A stretch of DNA of 64,000 nt from Minisyncoccota bacterium (GTDB taxonomy: Bacteria > Patescibacteriota > Minisyncoccia > Phycocordibacterales > UBA2100). Below are positions 20,959 through 29,008 of the stretch, one piece after another. The translations under genes and the position numbers were made by a program. The DNA is taken from NCBI GenBank assembly GCA_965267345.1, contig OZ253947.1, positions 489,964-553,963 of the forward strand, written 5' to 3'. The notes under the pieces are model-generated. The model did not search any database and was not told where the DNA came from. It saw only the letters and a list, made by a program, of their open reading frames with translations. Position 1 is the first letter of the stretch, and each line of letters starts with the position of its first letter.

Positions 20959-22298
20959 ATATCTCTCCGACCAAGAGGTACGTACTGCAGTCCGTCAGTA
21001 AAATCTGCAGAAGAGAACATGCCCCATGGGTCGATAATCATGCTAACGTTTTTTCCGTGGATCAAATCACTTAAGCGGAGGAGGTCTTCTTCAGGGTTGC
21101 CAATAAAGACCACGTCGGCCTTTACAAGAAAATCCTCAAGGTCAGTAAGATATTCTGCCACACCGCCCAAGCGAGCCTTGCTATCCGCATACCCAAACGA
21201 GTCAAACGCCACCAAGGGGTAACTCTTTCCAAGCTCTCTCGCAATCTCTATTGACTGCGACTCTTCCGCAAAAGGTGTTCCTGTTTTATAACCCAGACTA
21301 AGTACCCCGACAACAGTTTTCTCTCCCATGCCGTTCTTTTTCATTTCTTCCTGTATAGTTTTAGCTATATACTTTGGCATATGCGCATTCAGGGCATGTG
21401 TTTGCCTAGCTAACGGAGCATCAACTCCCCGATCTTCCGCCATGGACGCAAATGCGAAGTTGTCACGCGGGAAACATGGACCCCCATACCCCAGACCACT
21501 GCGAAAAAAGCGAGACCCTATACGAGAATCCTTACCAATTGCGTTTGTGACATCATCAACATTCGCATAAGGTATTTTTTCGCACACTCTTCCAAGAGTG
21601 TTCGCGAATGTAATTTTCATTGTAACGTACGAATTGAGGCTTATCTTTGCAACTTCCGCACTCTCAATGCTCATATTGCACACCTTCTCTTCTGCGTATG
21701 CTTTCCCGTAAAGTTTTTCAAATATAACCTTCAATTTCTTTTCAGCATTTGTATCCGAGGCACCAAGAAACAGGAAATCAGGTTTCCGAAGGTTGTTCAC
21801 AATATTCCCAATGGCAATAAGGCTCGGGCTGTAGCAATAGCCAAAATCCACTCCGCATTTTTTTCCAGATGCTTTTTCAATAGCCGGAATAATTTTGTTA
21901 CGTGAATCACCTGGCAATACAGTGCTCACAAGTACAAAAAGGTGATAAGATTCTTTCGTCCGCAATGCCTCCCCCAGGCTTTGCATTGCTGCTTGCACGT
22001 ATTGAACAGAAAAGGACCCGTCATCATTACTCGGCGTCGGCACAACTAAAAAAGTAACGTCTGTCTCTTTTACCAATTCGTGAGGGTCGTTTGTCGCAGA
22101 TAGCAGCGTCGGGTAAGAATCAATTATCTCTTGCAGGTGTGGTTCTACAACAGGCGCCTTTTTTTTGTTGACCGCATCAACTTTTGTCGAATCAACATCA
22201 TATCCAATAACTTCAAAGCCTTTTTCTGCGCAAAAAGCAGCATAGCAGGAACCAAGCTTCCCAAGGCCCATCATTGAAATTTTAGAGGGATTTTTCAT
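20955..22298 (-). CDS. nucleotide-sugar (UDP-glucose/GDP-mannose family) dehydrogenase
   Basis: N-terminal GLGKLGSC Rossmann motif, GGPCFPRD catalytic-Cys motif. Confidence 0.85.
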   Translation of the reverse strand: MKNPSKISMMGLGKLGSCYAAFCAEKGFEVIGYDVDSTKVDAVNKKKAPVVEPHLQEIIDSYPTLLSATNDPHELVKETDVTFLVVPTPSNDDGSFSVQYVQAAMQSLGEALRTKESYHLFVLVSTVLPGDSRNKIIPAIEKASGKKCGVDFGYCYSPSLIAIGNIVNNLRKPDFLFLGASDTNAEKKLKVIFEKLYGKAYAEEKVCNMSIESAEVAKISLNSYVTMKITFANTLGRVCEKIPYANVDDVTNAIGKDSRIGSRFFRSGLGYGGPCFPRDNFAFASMAEDRGVDAPLARQTHALNAHMPKYIAKTIQEEMKKNGMGEKTVVGVLSLGYKTGTPFAEESQSIEIARELGKSYPLVAFDSFGYADSKARLGGVAEYLTDLEDFLVKADVVFIGNPEEDLLRLSDLIHGKNVSMIIDPWGMFSSADFTDGLQYVPLGRRDI

Positions 22299-22326
22299 AG
22301 AAAAGTTGTGCGAATTGCATATAACA

Positions 22327-23283
22327 TCATACGTTATACACCATAAGTGTGTCTTCGACCATCATTCTAAGTGAGCACCCTGGCTTCCAATTAAGATCGT
22401 TTTGGGCTTTTGTTGCGTCAGCGAGAACCATGGCGGGGTCGCCAGAGCGACGCGGGGCAATTACTGTTTTGAGTGATTTTCCTGATACTTCCTCAAGTGC
22501 AGTAACAATTTCTTTCACTGAATAGCCCCCACCGCTACCAAGGTTATATATGCCGCCTGCGTTTGTTGAAAGAGCTCGCAGGTGTGCCTCGACAATATCG
22601 GCTATGTGAATGTAGTCGCGCACGCACGTGCCATCGGTTGTCGAATAGTCGTCACCAAAAATGCTGAAAGGTAGCCCTTTCCCGAGTGCATTAGCAAGTA
22701 TCGGAAACACGTTCTGCGGGTCGGCGTCCTTGAAGTGCACGTCGGCATCGCCGACAACATTGAAGTAGCGAAATATGGTGTAGCTGGGAAGTTTTTTGGT
22801 ACGCGCAAACTCAGTGATGAGCTGCTCAGCGAGCATTTTACTGGTGCCGTAGACACTCATTGGTGCCAGCGGCGTGTCCTCTGCACAGACGCCATCGGAC
22901 GGCGCTTCGTATACTGCAGCCGTTGAAGAAAATATGACGTGCGCTGTGCCATGGGCTGCTGCTTGTACGAGTACGTTGAGCGTACCCGTGACGTTTGTTG
23001 CAAAGTATTCCTCAAGCTTTTCTTCACTTTCGGAAACCGACTTGAGTGCCGCGGCATGAATAACTGCCTGTGGCCGATGTATCGCAAACACATCACGCAG
23101 CGCAGCAATATCGAGAATATCGACTTCGACAAACGTTGCACGCTCATCGACGTAGTGCCTCTCCCCTTTTGAAAGATTGTCGAGGGCCACTACTGCATAG
23201 CCCTGTTCGCAGAGCGCTTTGACGCACGCCGAGCCAATGTAGCCAGCGCCACCCGTAACCAGTATCGTGTGCGTATCGTTCAT
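22327..23283 (-). CDS. galE: UDP-glucose 4-epimerase
   Basis: ILVTGGAGYIGS...DNLSKG motif, YGTSK catalytic motif. Confidence 0.85.
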   Translation of the reverse strand: MNDTHTILVTGGAGYIGSACVKALCEQGYAVVALDNLSKGERHYVDERATFVEVDILDIAALRDVFAIHRPQAVIHAAALKSVSESEEKLEEYFATNVTGTLNVLVQAAAHGTAHVIFSSTAAVYEAPSDGVCAEDTPLAPMSVYGTSKMLAEQLITEFARTKKLPSYTIFRYFNVVGDADVHFKDADPQNVFPILANALGKGLPFSIFGDDYSTTDGTCVRDYIHIADIVEAHLRALSTNAGGIYNLGSGGGYSVKEIVTALEEVSGKSLKTVIAPRRSGDPAMVLADATKAQNDLNWKPGCSLRMMVEDTLMVYNV

Positions 23284-24833
23284 GTTTTCTCTTCGATAGT
23301 GAATTCGTCGGCTGGGTCAGTACTGCGCCGTGCAAGGAGCATACCGGCACCTCCCGTGAGTATAAGGGCAGTGAGGGCTAAATACCACCAGAAGGAGCTG
23401 TGAGCAGTAGGTTTTGAGCTATGAGCAGTGGCGGCGAGTTGCGAGTGGGTAGTAGTTGGACGTGTGGGGTTGGTAGTTCGGAGTTGGGTGCTTGCAGTTG
23501 GGAGTGATGACGTGTCTCGATTAATCGAGGCACGAGCGGCATCGACAGCTGGTGATGGCGACTGCTGTGGCACGGGCGTGCCGATAAGTGCGTTGTGTGA
23601 GCGAGAGGTGGTCAGCTGAGGATTGGTAGGCTTCTGCATAGAGCGGGGCGGTGAGGCATTAGTACTCGTCGCCGGTGAGGTAGTTTCTGTAGTCGTTGCC
23701 TGCGGTGATACAACGGTTCCCACGAGCGCAGTGCTTCCGTCGGGAAACAGCAAGCTCGCTTCTTTGTCGACGCGAACAAATGGCAGCTCGAGCACCTCGG
23801 TTGCAAGGCGGATCGTGCTACTGGCAGCGACGGTGGTGCCGATGGGCAATTCCGCCGTGCGCACCGGTGAGCGCACGCGCCACTCGGATAGATCGAGCGG
23901 CGCATTACCGTGATTAGTGATCGCAATCCACTTCCCTGCTGCACCAATGCGCAAGGCGGCATCAAGCTGCGTAATACGTGCAGTGATGGTGTGTTCGTCG
24001 CGCAATGCGCCGTGCTCAAGCGTTGCCGTAATTACGTACTCACCCGCATAGCGATACGCATGACGCACGTCGTAACCAACTGCTTCTGTTCCGTCGCCAA
24101 AGGCCCACCGAACAACACCATTCGTGAGCGCGCGTCCTCGCGCATCGTACATTTCCGCATGCAGCGCGATGGGCGCACCAGCGACTCCCACAATCTGTTC
24201 GGGAAGTCGCAAGTGCACGTCTTGCGGCGGCTCAACACTTAGTGGCTCATAGGTGTACTGCGTGATATTTGTTACCGTTGCATCAGTTTCGTTGGTATTC
24301 GTATCGTTAGTGTCGGTCGTATCGCCAGTTTCGCCAGTGTGCTGCGCTTCGTTTGGTGTTGGCGTGCCTGCAACAAGCGCATCACCATCGCGATGCAAAC
24401 TGTTGCCGTCATTGGCTGCGCCGTCACTCTCGCTGTACGTCACCGAGTCGACAATGTCACCCGCGGCATTTTTTAGTGCAAGTGTTTCGCCAGTGTTTTT
24501 GAGGCTGAATGCGCTATCAATGAGCGTGCCACTTACTGACGGATAGTCGTCTTGGAAGGTAGTTGCATCGTCGGCAATAATCGCACAGGTTCCACTCTCA
24601 AGACTCCACAAGCCGCTGACGAGCTCAAGGCCGTGATTAGTTTCATTTTCATAAAAGACCCACCCGTCGAGTGTATGGTCGCCGTCGCTCGCGCACACTT
24701 CAATCCACTCATGATCGGCATCAGTGCTCTCGGGCGCATACATAATTTCGGTAATACGCACGTCCGCCGCAGCGATTGCCGGCGCGCACAGCAAGCACAC
24801 AATGAAAAGCGTGTACGCGCTACGCGCCATCAT
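23280..24833 (-). CDS. secreted lamin-tail-domain (LTD) protein with Thr/Pro-rich linker and C-terminal TM anchor
   Basis: Signal peptide MMARSAYTLFIVCLLCAPAIAA; LTD-like ITEIMYAP...EWIEV...GETLAL blocks; C-terminal WWYLALTALILTGGAGMLLARR helix. Confidence 0.7.
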   Translation of the reverse strand: MMARSAYTLFIVCLLCAPAIAAADVRITEIMYAPESTDADHEWIEVCASDGDHTLDGWVFYENETNHGLELVSGLWSLESGTCAIIADDATTFQDDYPSVSGTLIDSAFSLKNTGETLALKNAAGDIVDSVTYSESDGAANDGNSLHRDGDALVAGTPTPNEAQHTGETGDTTDTNDTNTNETDATVTNITQYTYEPLSVEPPQDVHLRLPEQIVGVAGAPIALHAEMYDARGRALTNGVVRWAFGDGTEAVGYDVRHAYRYAGEYVITATLEHGALRDEHTITARITQLDAALRIGAAGKWIAITNHGNAPLDLSEWRVRSPVRTAELPIGTTVAASSTIRLATEVLELPFVRVDKEASLLFPDGSTALVGTVVSPQATTTETTSPATSTNASPPRSMQKPTNPQLTTSRSHNALIGTPVPQQSPSPAVDAARASINRDTSSLPTASTQLRTTNPTRPTTTHSQLAATAHSSKPTAHSSFWWYLALTALILTGGAGMLLARRSTDPADEFTIEEKT

Positions 24834-26574
24834 TTAAGATACGTTCAAGCACCTCACGTGGTACTTCGTCACGGCGTGCATCGCCTGCGTCCTCCTTCCC
24901 ACTTTCTTGCGGCGTGTCGTCACGCTTGCCAATGCGGGGAAATAAATCTGGATAGCTCTGTTGCGGCTCAGATGGTGTCGTTGCTTCGCGCGATTCTGTC
25001 GCCTCGTCAGACGACTGTTTGCTTTTGGGTGTTGTATTGCTCCGCTCCGGTGCTTCTTCAGGTGCATCAGGAGCTGGTGTTTCGTGCTCGTCGGACTTGC
25101 TGGGCGGCTGTGGTTCCGCAGCGGCTGCAGCAGGCACCGCAGTGATAGCGCCGAGTGCTTCGCGCAGCGCGTTGCGCTGTGCGTCAGTACGCGGCTGCGC
25201 TGTTGGGTCGGCAGGTGTCTCTCCTCCGCCACCGCCTTTCTTCTTCTTTTTCTTCTTCTTTTTCTTGGTGGTCATCATCTCCTCATTCTGTGCGCGAATC
25301 GCATCTTCGATTTGCGCTCTGATGCGCGCGTACTTCTCGCGCGAACTCTCAACGATGCGATTGACGAAATTAAACGGCGGGTGCTCCACCGGCGGCAGTG
25401 TTGTTGCAGAAAATGGCTGCGAGCCGATCCCGTCAATCATGAGCGTCAGGTAAATTTGCGCAAATCCGAGATTCACTAAATCCTCCACGTAGAACGTCGG
25501 CTCAAAAATGGGCTTGAGCGTTTCCGCATCAAACGGCCCAACACGGAACGTGATGGTGGTGCCAACGTTCCCAAACACGGCCGAGCGAATGTGTTCGTCG
25601 ACTTGTTCGATGTACTGGTGCGCAATGGTGAGTGCGAGTTTGTACTTACGCGCTTCCGAGAGAATGTTGGCGAATGAGTCGTTCACCACTGACTGAAATT
25701 CGTCGACGTAAAGATAGAACGGCGGGAGCTGTGCCAGTTCAGCCTGTGTATTTTCAGCGCGACTCATCGCCGAGAGGTACATTTTTGTGGTGAGGATGCT
25801 CCCGAGCAGATCGGCATTTTGTTCACCCATGCGCCCTTTCGAGAGGTTCACAATGAAGATCTTACGCTCGTCCATGATGCGGCGTAAATCAAACGACGAG
25901 TGTGGCTGCCCGATGATGTTGCGCACAAGCGGATTCGAGACAAATTGCCCGATCTTGTTTTGAATGGCAGGTGTCGCCTCTTGTGTGTATCGGTCGGTGT
26001 AGCCGGCAAACTCTTCCTGCCAAAAGCGTTTGACGATCGGGTCGGTGACGTACTCGGTTACTTTTGCACGAAACTCTTTGTTGATGAGCATGCGGTTCAC
26101 GTCAATGAGCGTCGTGTCGGGATACTCGAGCAGCGCCAGCAGCACGTTTTGCAAAATGTATTCCATGCGGGCACTCCACGCATCAACCCAAATGCGCTGA
26201 AAGGCACTCATGAGACCCGCCACCACGAGGTGGCGCTTGTCGTACCCGACGTCCTCCATTACATTGAAGCCGACGGGAAACTCAGTATCAAATGGCGCAA
26301 AATAGACGACGTCTTCAATGCGTGACTCAGGCACAAATTCGAGCAACTTCTCAGCCGTTGAACCGTGCGGATCAATGAAGGCAATACCCTCACCGTTTTG
26401 AATATCCTGAATGGCCATGTTCTCGAGCATGGTTGATTTACCCATACCCGTTTTACCAATGATGTACATGTGGCGCATTCGATCGAGCGCCTTGATGCCA
26501 AACGGTACTTGCCCGCCGCGCGCGTCGGTGGCACCAAAATAGATAATACGCTCAGGATCGTATTCGTACGGCAT
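24820..26574 (-). CDS. TraG/TraD/VirD4-family coupling-protein-like P-loop ATPase (soluble, no N-terminal TM) with Lys/Gly-rich disordered C-terminus
   Basis: Walker A IIGKTGMGKST, ...IDPHG..., Walker B-like YLYVDEFQ; 14-nt overlap with downstream LTD gene. Confidence 0.6.
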   Translation of the reverse strand: MPYEYDPERIIYFGATDARGGQVPFGIKALDRMRHMYIIGKTGMGKSTMLENMAIQDIQNGEGIAFIDPHGSTAEKLLEFVPESRIEDVVYFAPFDTEFPVGFNVMEDVGYDKRHLVVAGLMSAFQRIWVDAWSARMEYILQNVLLALLEYPDTTLIDVNRMLINKEFRAKVTEYVTDPIVKRFWQEEFAGYTDRYTQEATPAIQNKIGQFVSNPLVRNIIGQPHSSFDLRRIMDERKIFIVNLSKGRMGEQNADLLGSILTTKMYLSAMSRAENTQAELAQLPPFYLYVDEFQSVVNDSFANILSEARKYKLALTIAHQYIEQVDEHIRSAVFGNVGTTITFRVGPFDAETLKPIFEPTFYVEDLVNLGFAQIYLTLMIDGIGSQPFSATTLPPVEHPPFNFVNRIVESSREKYARIRAQIEDAIRAQNEEMMTTKKKKKKKKKKGGGGGETPADPTAQPRTDAQRNALREALGAITAVPAAAAAEPQPPSKSDEHETPAPDAPEEAPERSNTTPKSKQSSDEATESREATTPSEPQQSYPDLFPRIGKRDDTPQESGKEDAGDARRDEVPREVLERILNDGA

Positions 26575-26590
26575 GGTATGTAGTATAGCA

Positions 26591-26820
26591 GTAGTGAGTT
26601 AGGAGTTTAGGAGTTGGAAGTGGGTAGTTGGAAGTTCGGAGTGAGGAGTTCGGAGTTGGTAGTGTGGAGTAAGTAGTGAAGAGTTGTTTCGATTAATCGA
26701 AACATGATGCAAAGTGACCAGTGGAAAGTGAGAAACTTAGTACATCGGATGTACTAAGTGTGGAATGATTTGTTTCGATTAATCGAAACAACTCACGCCA
26801 CACTACTCACTACCAACTCC
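26591..26820. repeat. composite inverted-repeat element: GGAGTT-rich imperfect ~50-bp terminal inverted repeats, each ending in TGTTTCGATTAATCGAAACA, flanking a 23-bp inner palindrome
   Basis: left arm ...GGAGTTGGTAGTGTGGAGTAAGTAGTGAAGAGTTGTTTCGATTAATCGAAACA; right arm is its approximate reverse complement; inner CTTAGTACATCGGATGTACTAAG at 26736-26758. Confidence 0.7.
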
Positions 26821-26827
26821 CGACTGT

Positions 26828-28087
26828 CTATTCTGCTGGCTCCAGCGCAGCTCGTGTATACCTATTCGCCGGGTCCCAGAGCATCCATGAGTGCAGGCCT
26901 GCATCGTAGGCTGCCTGAATTTGTGCACGCACTTCTGTCGGGCCGTAGTCACCGCCGTAGTCAAAGTCTTGCAGCCACGGGCGCAAAATATTCGGATCGC
27001 GCGCAGGTTTCTCGTACACGGCTGGTGTACTGGTGCCGATACGCGTATAGGCAAGCGCTCCAATGGTCGTGGTCGTTGCCGTCACGCGCTCGACAGCACG
27101 GTCCATTGAATACTTAATCACGCCGTAGACTTCGGTGTTTGGATTCGCGTAGCCGTTGAAGCCGCGTGGATAGTGCGACGGGTACACCATTGGGGCGATG
27201 TAGTCGAAGTACGGCGTCGCGCGCTCAAGTACCTGCCCGATAGTGAGGTCGTCTTTGTTGGTTGTCGTCATACCAAAAAGGTCTGCCGAGAGCGTCGGTG
27301 AGTGACCATTGGCATCAGCAACACGTACCTTTGACTCAAGGTACCGGAAAAACTTCTCAAGCTCTTGCGCACGGTTGTTGTAATCGGAATGATCAAACGA
27401 CACGTCGCTCATTGGCCCATCTGACGGATAGCGGACATAATCGTAATTGAGCTCGTCAAATCCAATAGCGTGCGAGTCGTGTGAAATGTCGACAATGTAG
27501 TCCCAAAATGGTTTCGCGCCGACATCAACAAACGATAACCCTTTGTGGTCTTTCCATGGCTCACCGACACGACTTTTGCTCTGTACCGCACGTGCAGGGT
27601 ACACCGATGTGTAGAGCGGGTCTTGGAACACGGCGATGCGACCGATAACATAGATGTCTTTTTCGTGCAGAAGCGCGATGAAGTCTTCCATGTCAGGCAC
27701 GGTGCATCCGGTACCATCGAGCACCTCTCCACTGCCGTCATCCTCGCGCGGAAAGCTCACCGTGCCCGTGTAGTCTTTAATATCAATAATAATCGCATTC
27801 AGTTCGGTATCGTCGATGAGTGAGATGAAGTGGTCGCGAAAATCGCTGCTCGATGCTGCACACTGGCTCATGTAGACGGCACGCACGTGCTCGGGTGTAT
27901 CCATATGCGCCACAGGCGGCACCACGTCCTCCTCGGGTTTCGTCACCTGTGGGTGCTCGGGGCGCAGATACACTAACTCGCTGCCGCCAAATACAAAGTG
28001 GGCAACAAGCGTGACACTTGCCACAATGAGCACTGCCACGCCGATGATGAGCGCGACACCTTTGTGTGACCGTACGAGGTTAGGCAT
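26828..28087 (-). CDS. membrane-anchored TIM-barrel glycoside-hydrolase-like protein (DUF4015/GHL type)
   Basis: N-terminal TM then ...IIDIKDYTG...IGRIAVFQDP... motifs; start at internal ATG 28087 that overlaps stop of upstream small ORF. Confidence 0.55.
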   Translation of the reverse strand: MPNLVRSHKGVALIIGVAVLIVASVTLVAHFVFGGSELVYLRPEHPQVTKPEEDVVPPVAHMDTPEHVRAVYMSQCAASSSDFRDHFISLIDDTELNAIIIDIKDYTGTVSFPREDDGSGEVLDGTGCTVPDMEDFIALLHEKDIYVIGRIAVFQDPLYTSVYPARAVQSKSRVGEPWKDHKGLSFVDVGAKPFWDYIVDISHDSHAIGFDELNYDYVRYPSDGPMSDVSFDHSDYNNRAQELEKFFRYLESKVRVADANGHSPTLSADLFGMTTTNKDDLTIGQVLERATPYFDYIAPMVYPSHYPRGFNGYANPNTEVYGVIKYSMDRAVERVTATTTTIGALAYTRIGTSTPAVYEKPARDPNILRPWLQDFDYGGDYGPTEVRAQIQAAYDAGLHSWMLWDPANRYTRAALEPAE

Positions 28088-28313
28088 GGTGCTCTTCAAC
28101 TGTCTCGTCGACTGGAGCGGTATTTTGCTGATAGCTCTCCGGCTCTGCATCGCGCTCCATTGCCGCGGCGAGCATCATGATGCGAATCGCCAGTGTGGCG
28201 ACTGCAAGACCAAGGACTACGAACATCACCGTATCCCAACTCGCGGGGAACCCCAAGAACGGCAGGATCGCAACGGCAAATCCGAGTGTAATAATGGCCT
28301 TGATGTGCTTCAT
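28080..28313 (-). CDS. small membrane protein (2 TM), hypothetical
   Basis: 77 aa, two hydrophobic helices, stop overlaps ATG of downstream gene (ATGCCTAA). Confidence 0.4.
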   Translation of the reverse strand: MKHIKAIITLGFAVAILPFLGFPASWDTVMFVVLGLAVATLAIRIMMLAAAMERDAEPESYQQNTAPVDETVEEHHA

Positions 28314-28330
28314 ACGTACGCAATTATATA

Positions 28331-29008
28331 CTACTTTTCACTCACAATCACGACGAATTCTCCCTTCTGCTTCACCGGATCAACCTCAAGCTGCGCAGCG
28401 AGTTCAGCGGCCGTGCCACACAGTAGCTCTTCGTGCATTTTGGTAAGCTCACGGGCAATGCATACGCGCTTTTCGTCGCCACCGTGTTCCGTGATTTCTG
28501 CCATGAGTTTGGTAATGCGGTGTGTTGACTCGTAGAGCACCACTGGCCGACTTGTTGCGGCGATTTCTTTAAGCAGCGTCTGCCGCCCCTTTTTGTGTGG
28601 CAGGAAGCCTAAGAAAAGAAACTCGCTACTCGGCACACCTGCAATAGAGAGTGCTGCCGTAAGTGCTGACGGACCGGCAATTGCTTCAACTGTATGTCCT
28701 GCCGCACGCGCGTGATTCACCAAAAACGTTCCCGGATCAGAGATGCCGGGAGTTCCCGCATCAGAGACGTAGGCAACATGCTGCCCTGCGTCGAGCAATT
28801 CGAGCACGCGGGGTGTCTTGTCGTGCTCAGTGCGAGCATTCAGACTCTCGAGCTGTGCATCAATACTGTGGCGCTCGAGGAGGCGCTTGGTCACACGCGT
28901 ATCTTCACAAAAAATGATGTCGGCTGCGCTCAGAGTAGTGAGTGCGCGCAGCGTGATGTCGTCGAGGTTGCCGATAGGCGTGGCAACGATTGAAAGCGTG
29001 CCCGTCAT
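28331..29008 (-). CDS. rsmI: 16S rRNA (cytidine1402-2'-O)-methyltransferase
   Basis: LSIVATPIGNLDDIT...FCEDTR tetrapyrrole-methylase-fold signature. Confidence 0.85.
   Translation of the reverse strand: MTGTLSIVATPIGNLDDITLRALTTLSAADIIFCEDTRVTKRLLERHSIDAQLESLNARTEHDKTPRVLELLDAGQHVAYVSDAGTPGISDPGTFLVNHARAAGHTVEAIAGPSALTAALSIAGVPSSEFLFLGFLPHKKGRQTLLKEIAATSRPVVLYESTHRITKLMAEITEHGGDEKRVCIARELTKMHEELLCGTAAELAAQLEVDPVKQKGEFVVIVSEK

Noticed and set aside
23428-24546. Antisense ORFs within the LTD gene (e.g. 23623-23913, 24253-24546)
   Set aside because: Embedded opposite a gene with clear domain content; Ser/Val/Ala low complexity typical of GC-rich shadow frames
26591-26680. GGAGTT/GGAAGT hexamer-rich tract considered as a possible CRISPR-like or tandem-repeat array
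   Set aside because: Units are degenerate hexamers without regular repeat-spacer periodicity; no cas genes; better explained as the arm of an inverted-repeat element
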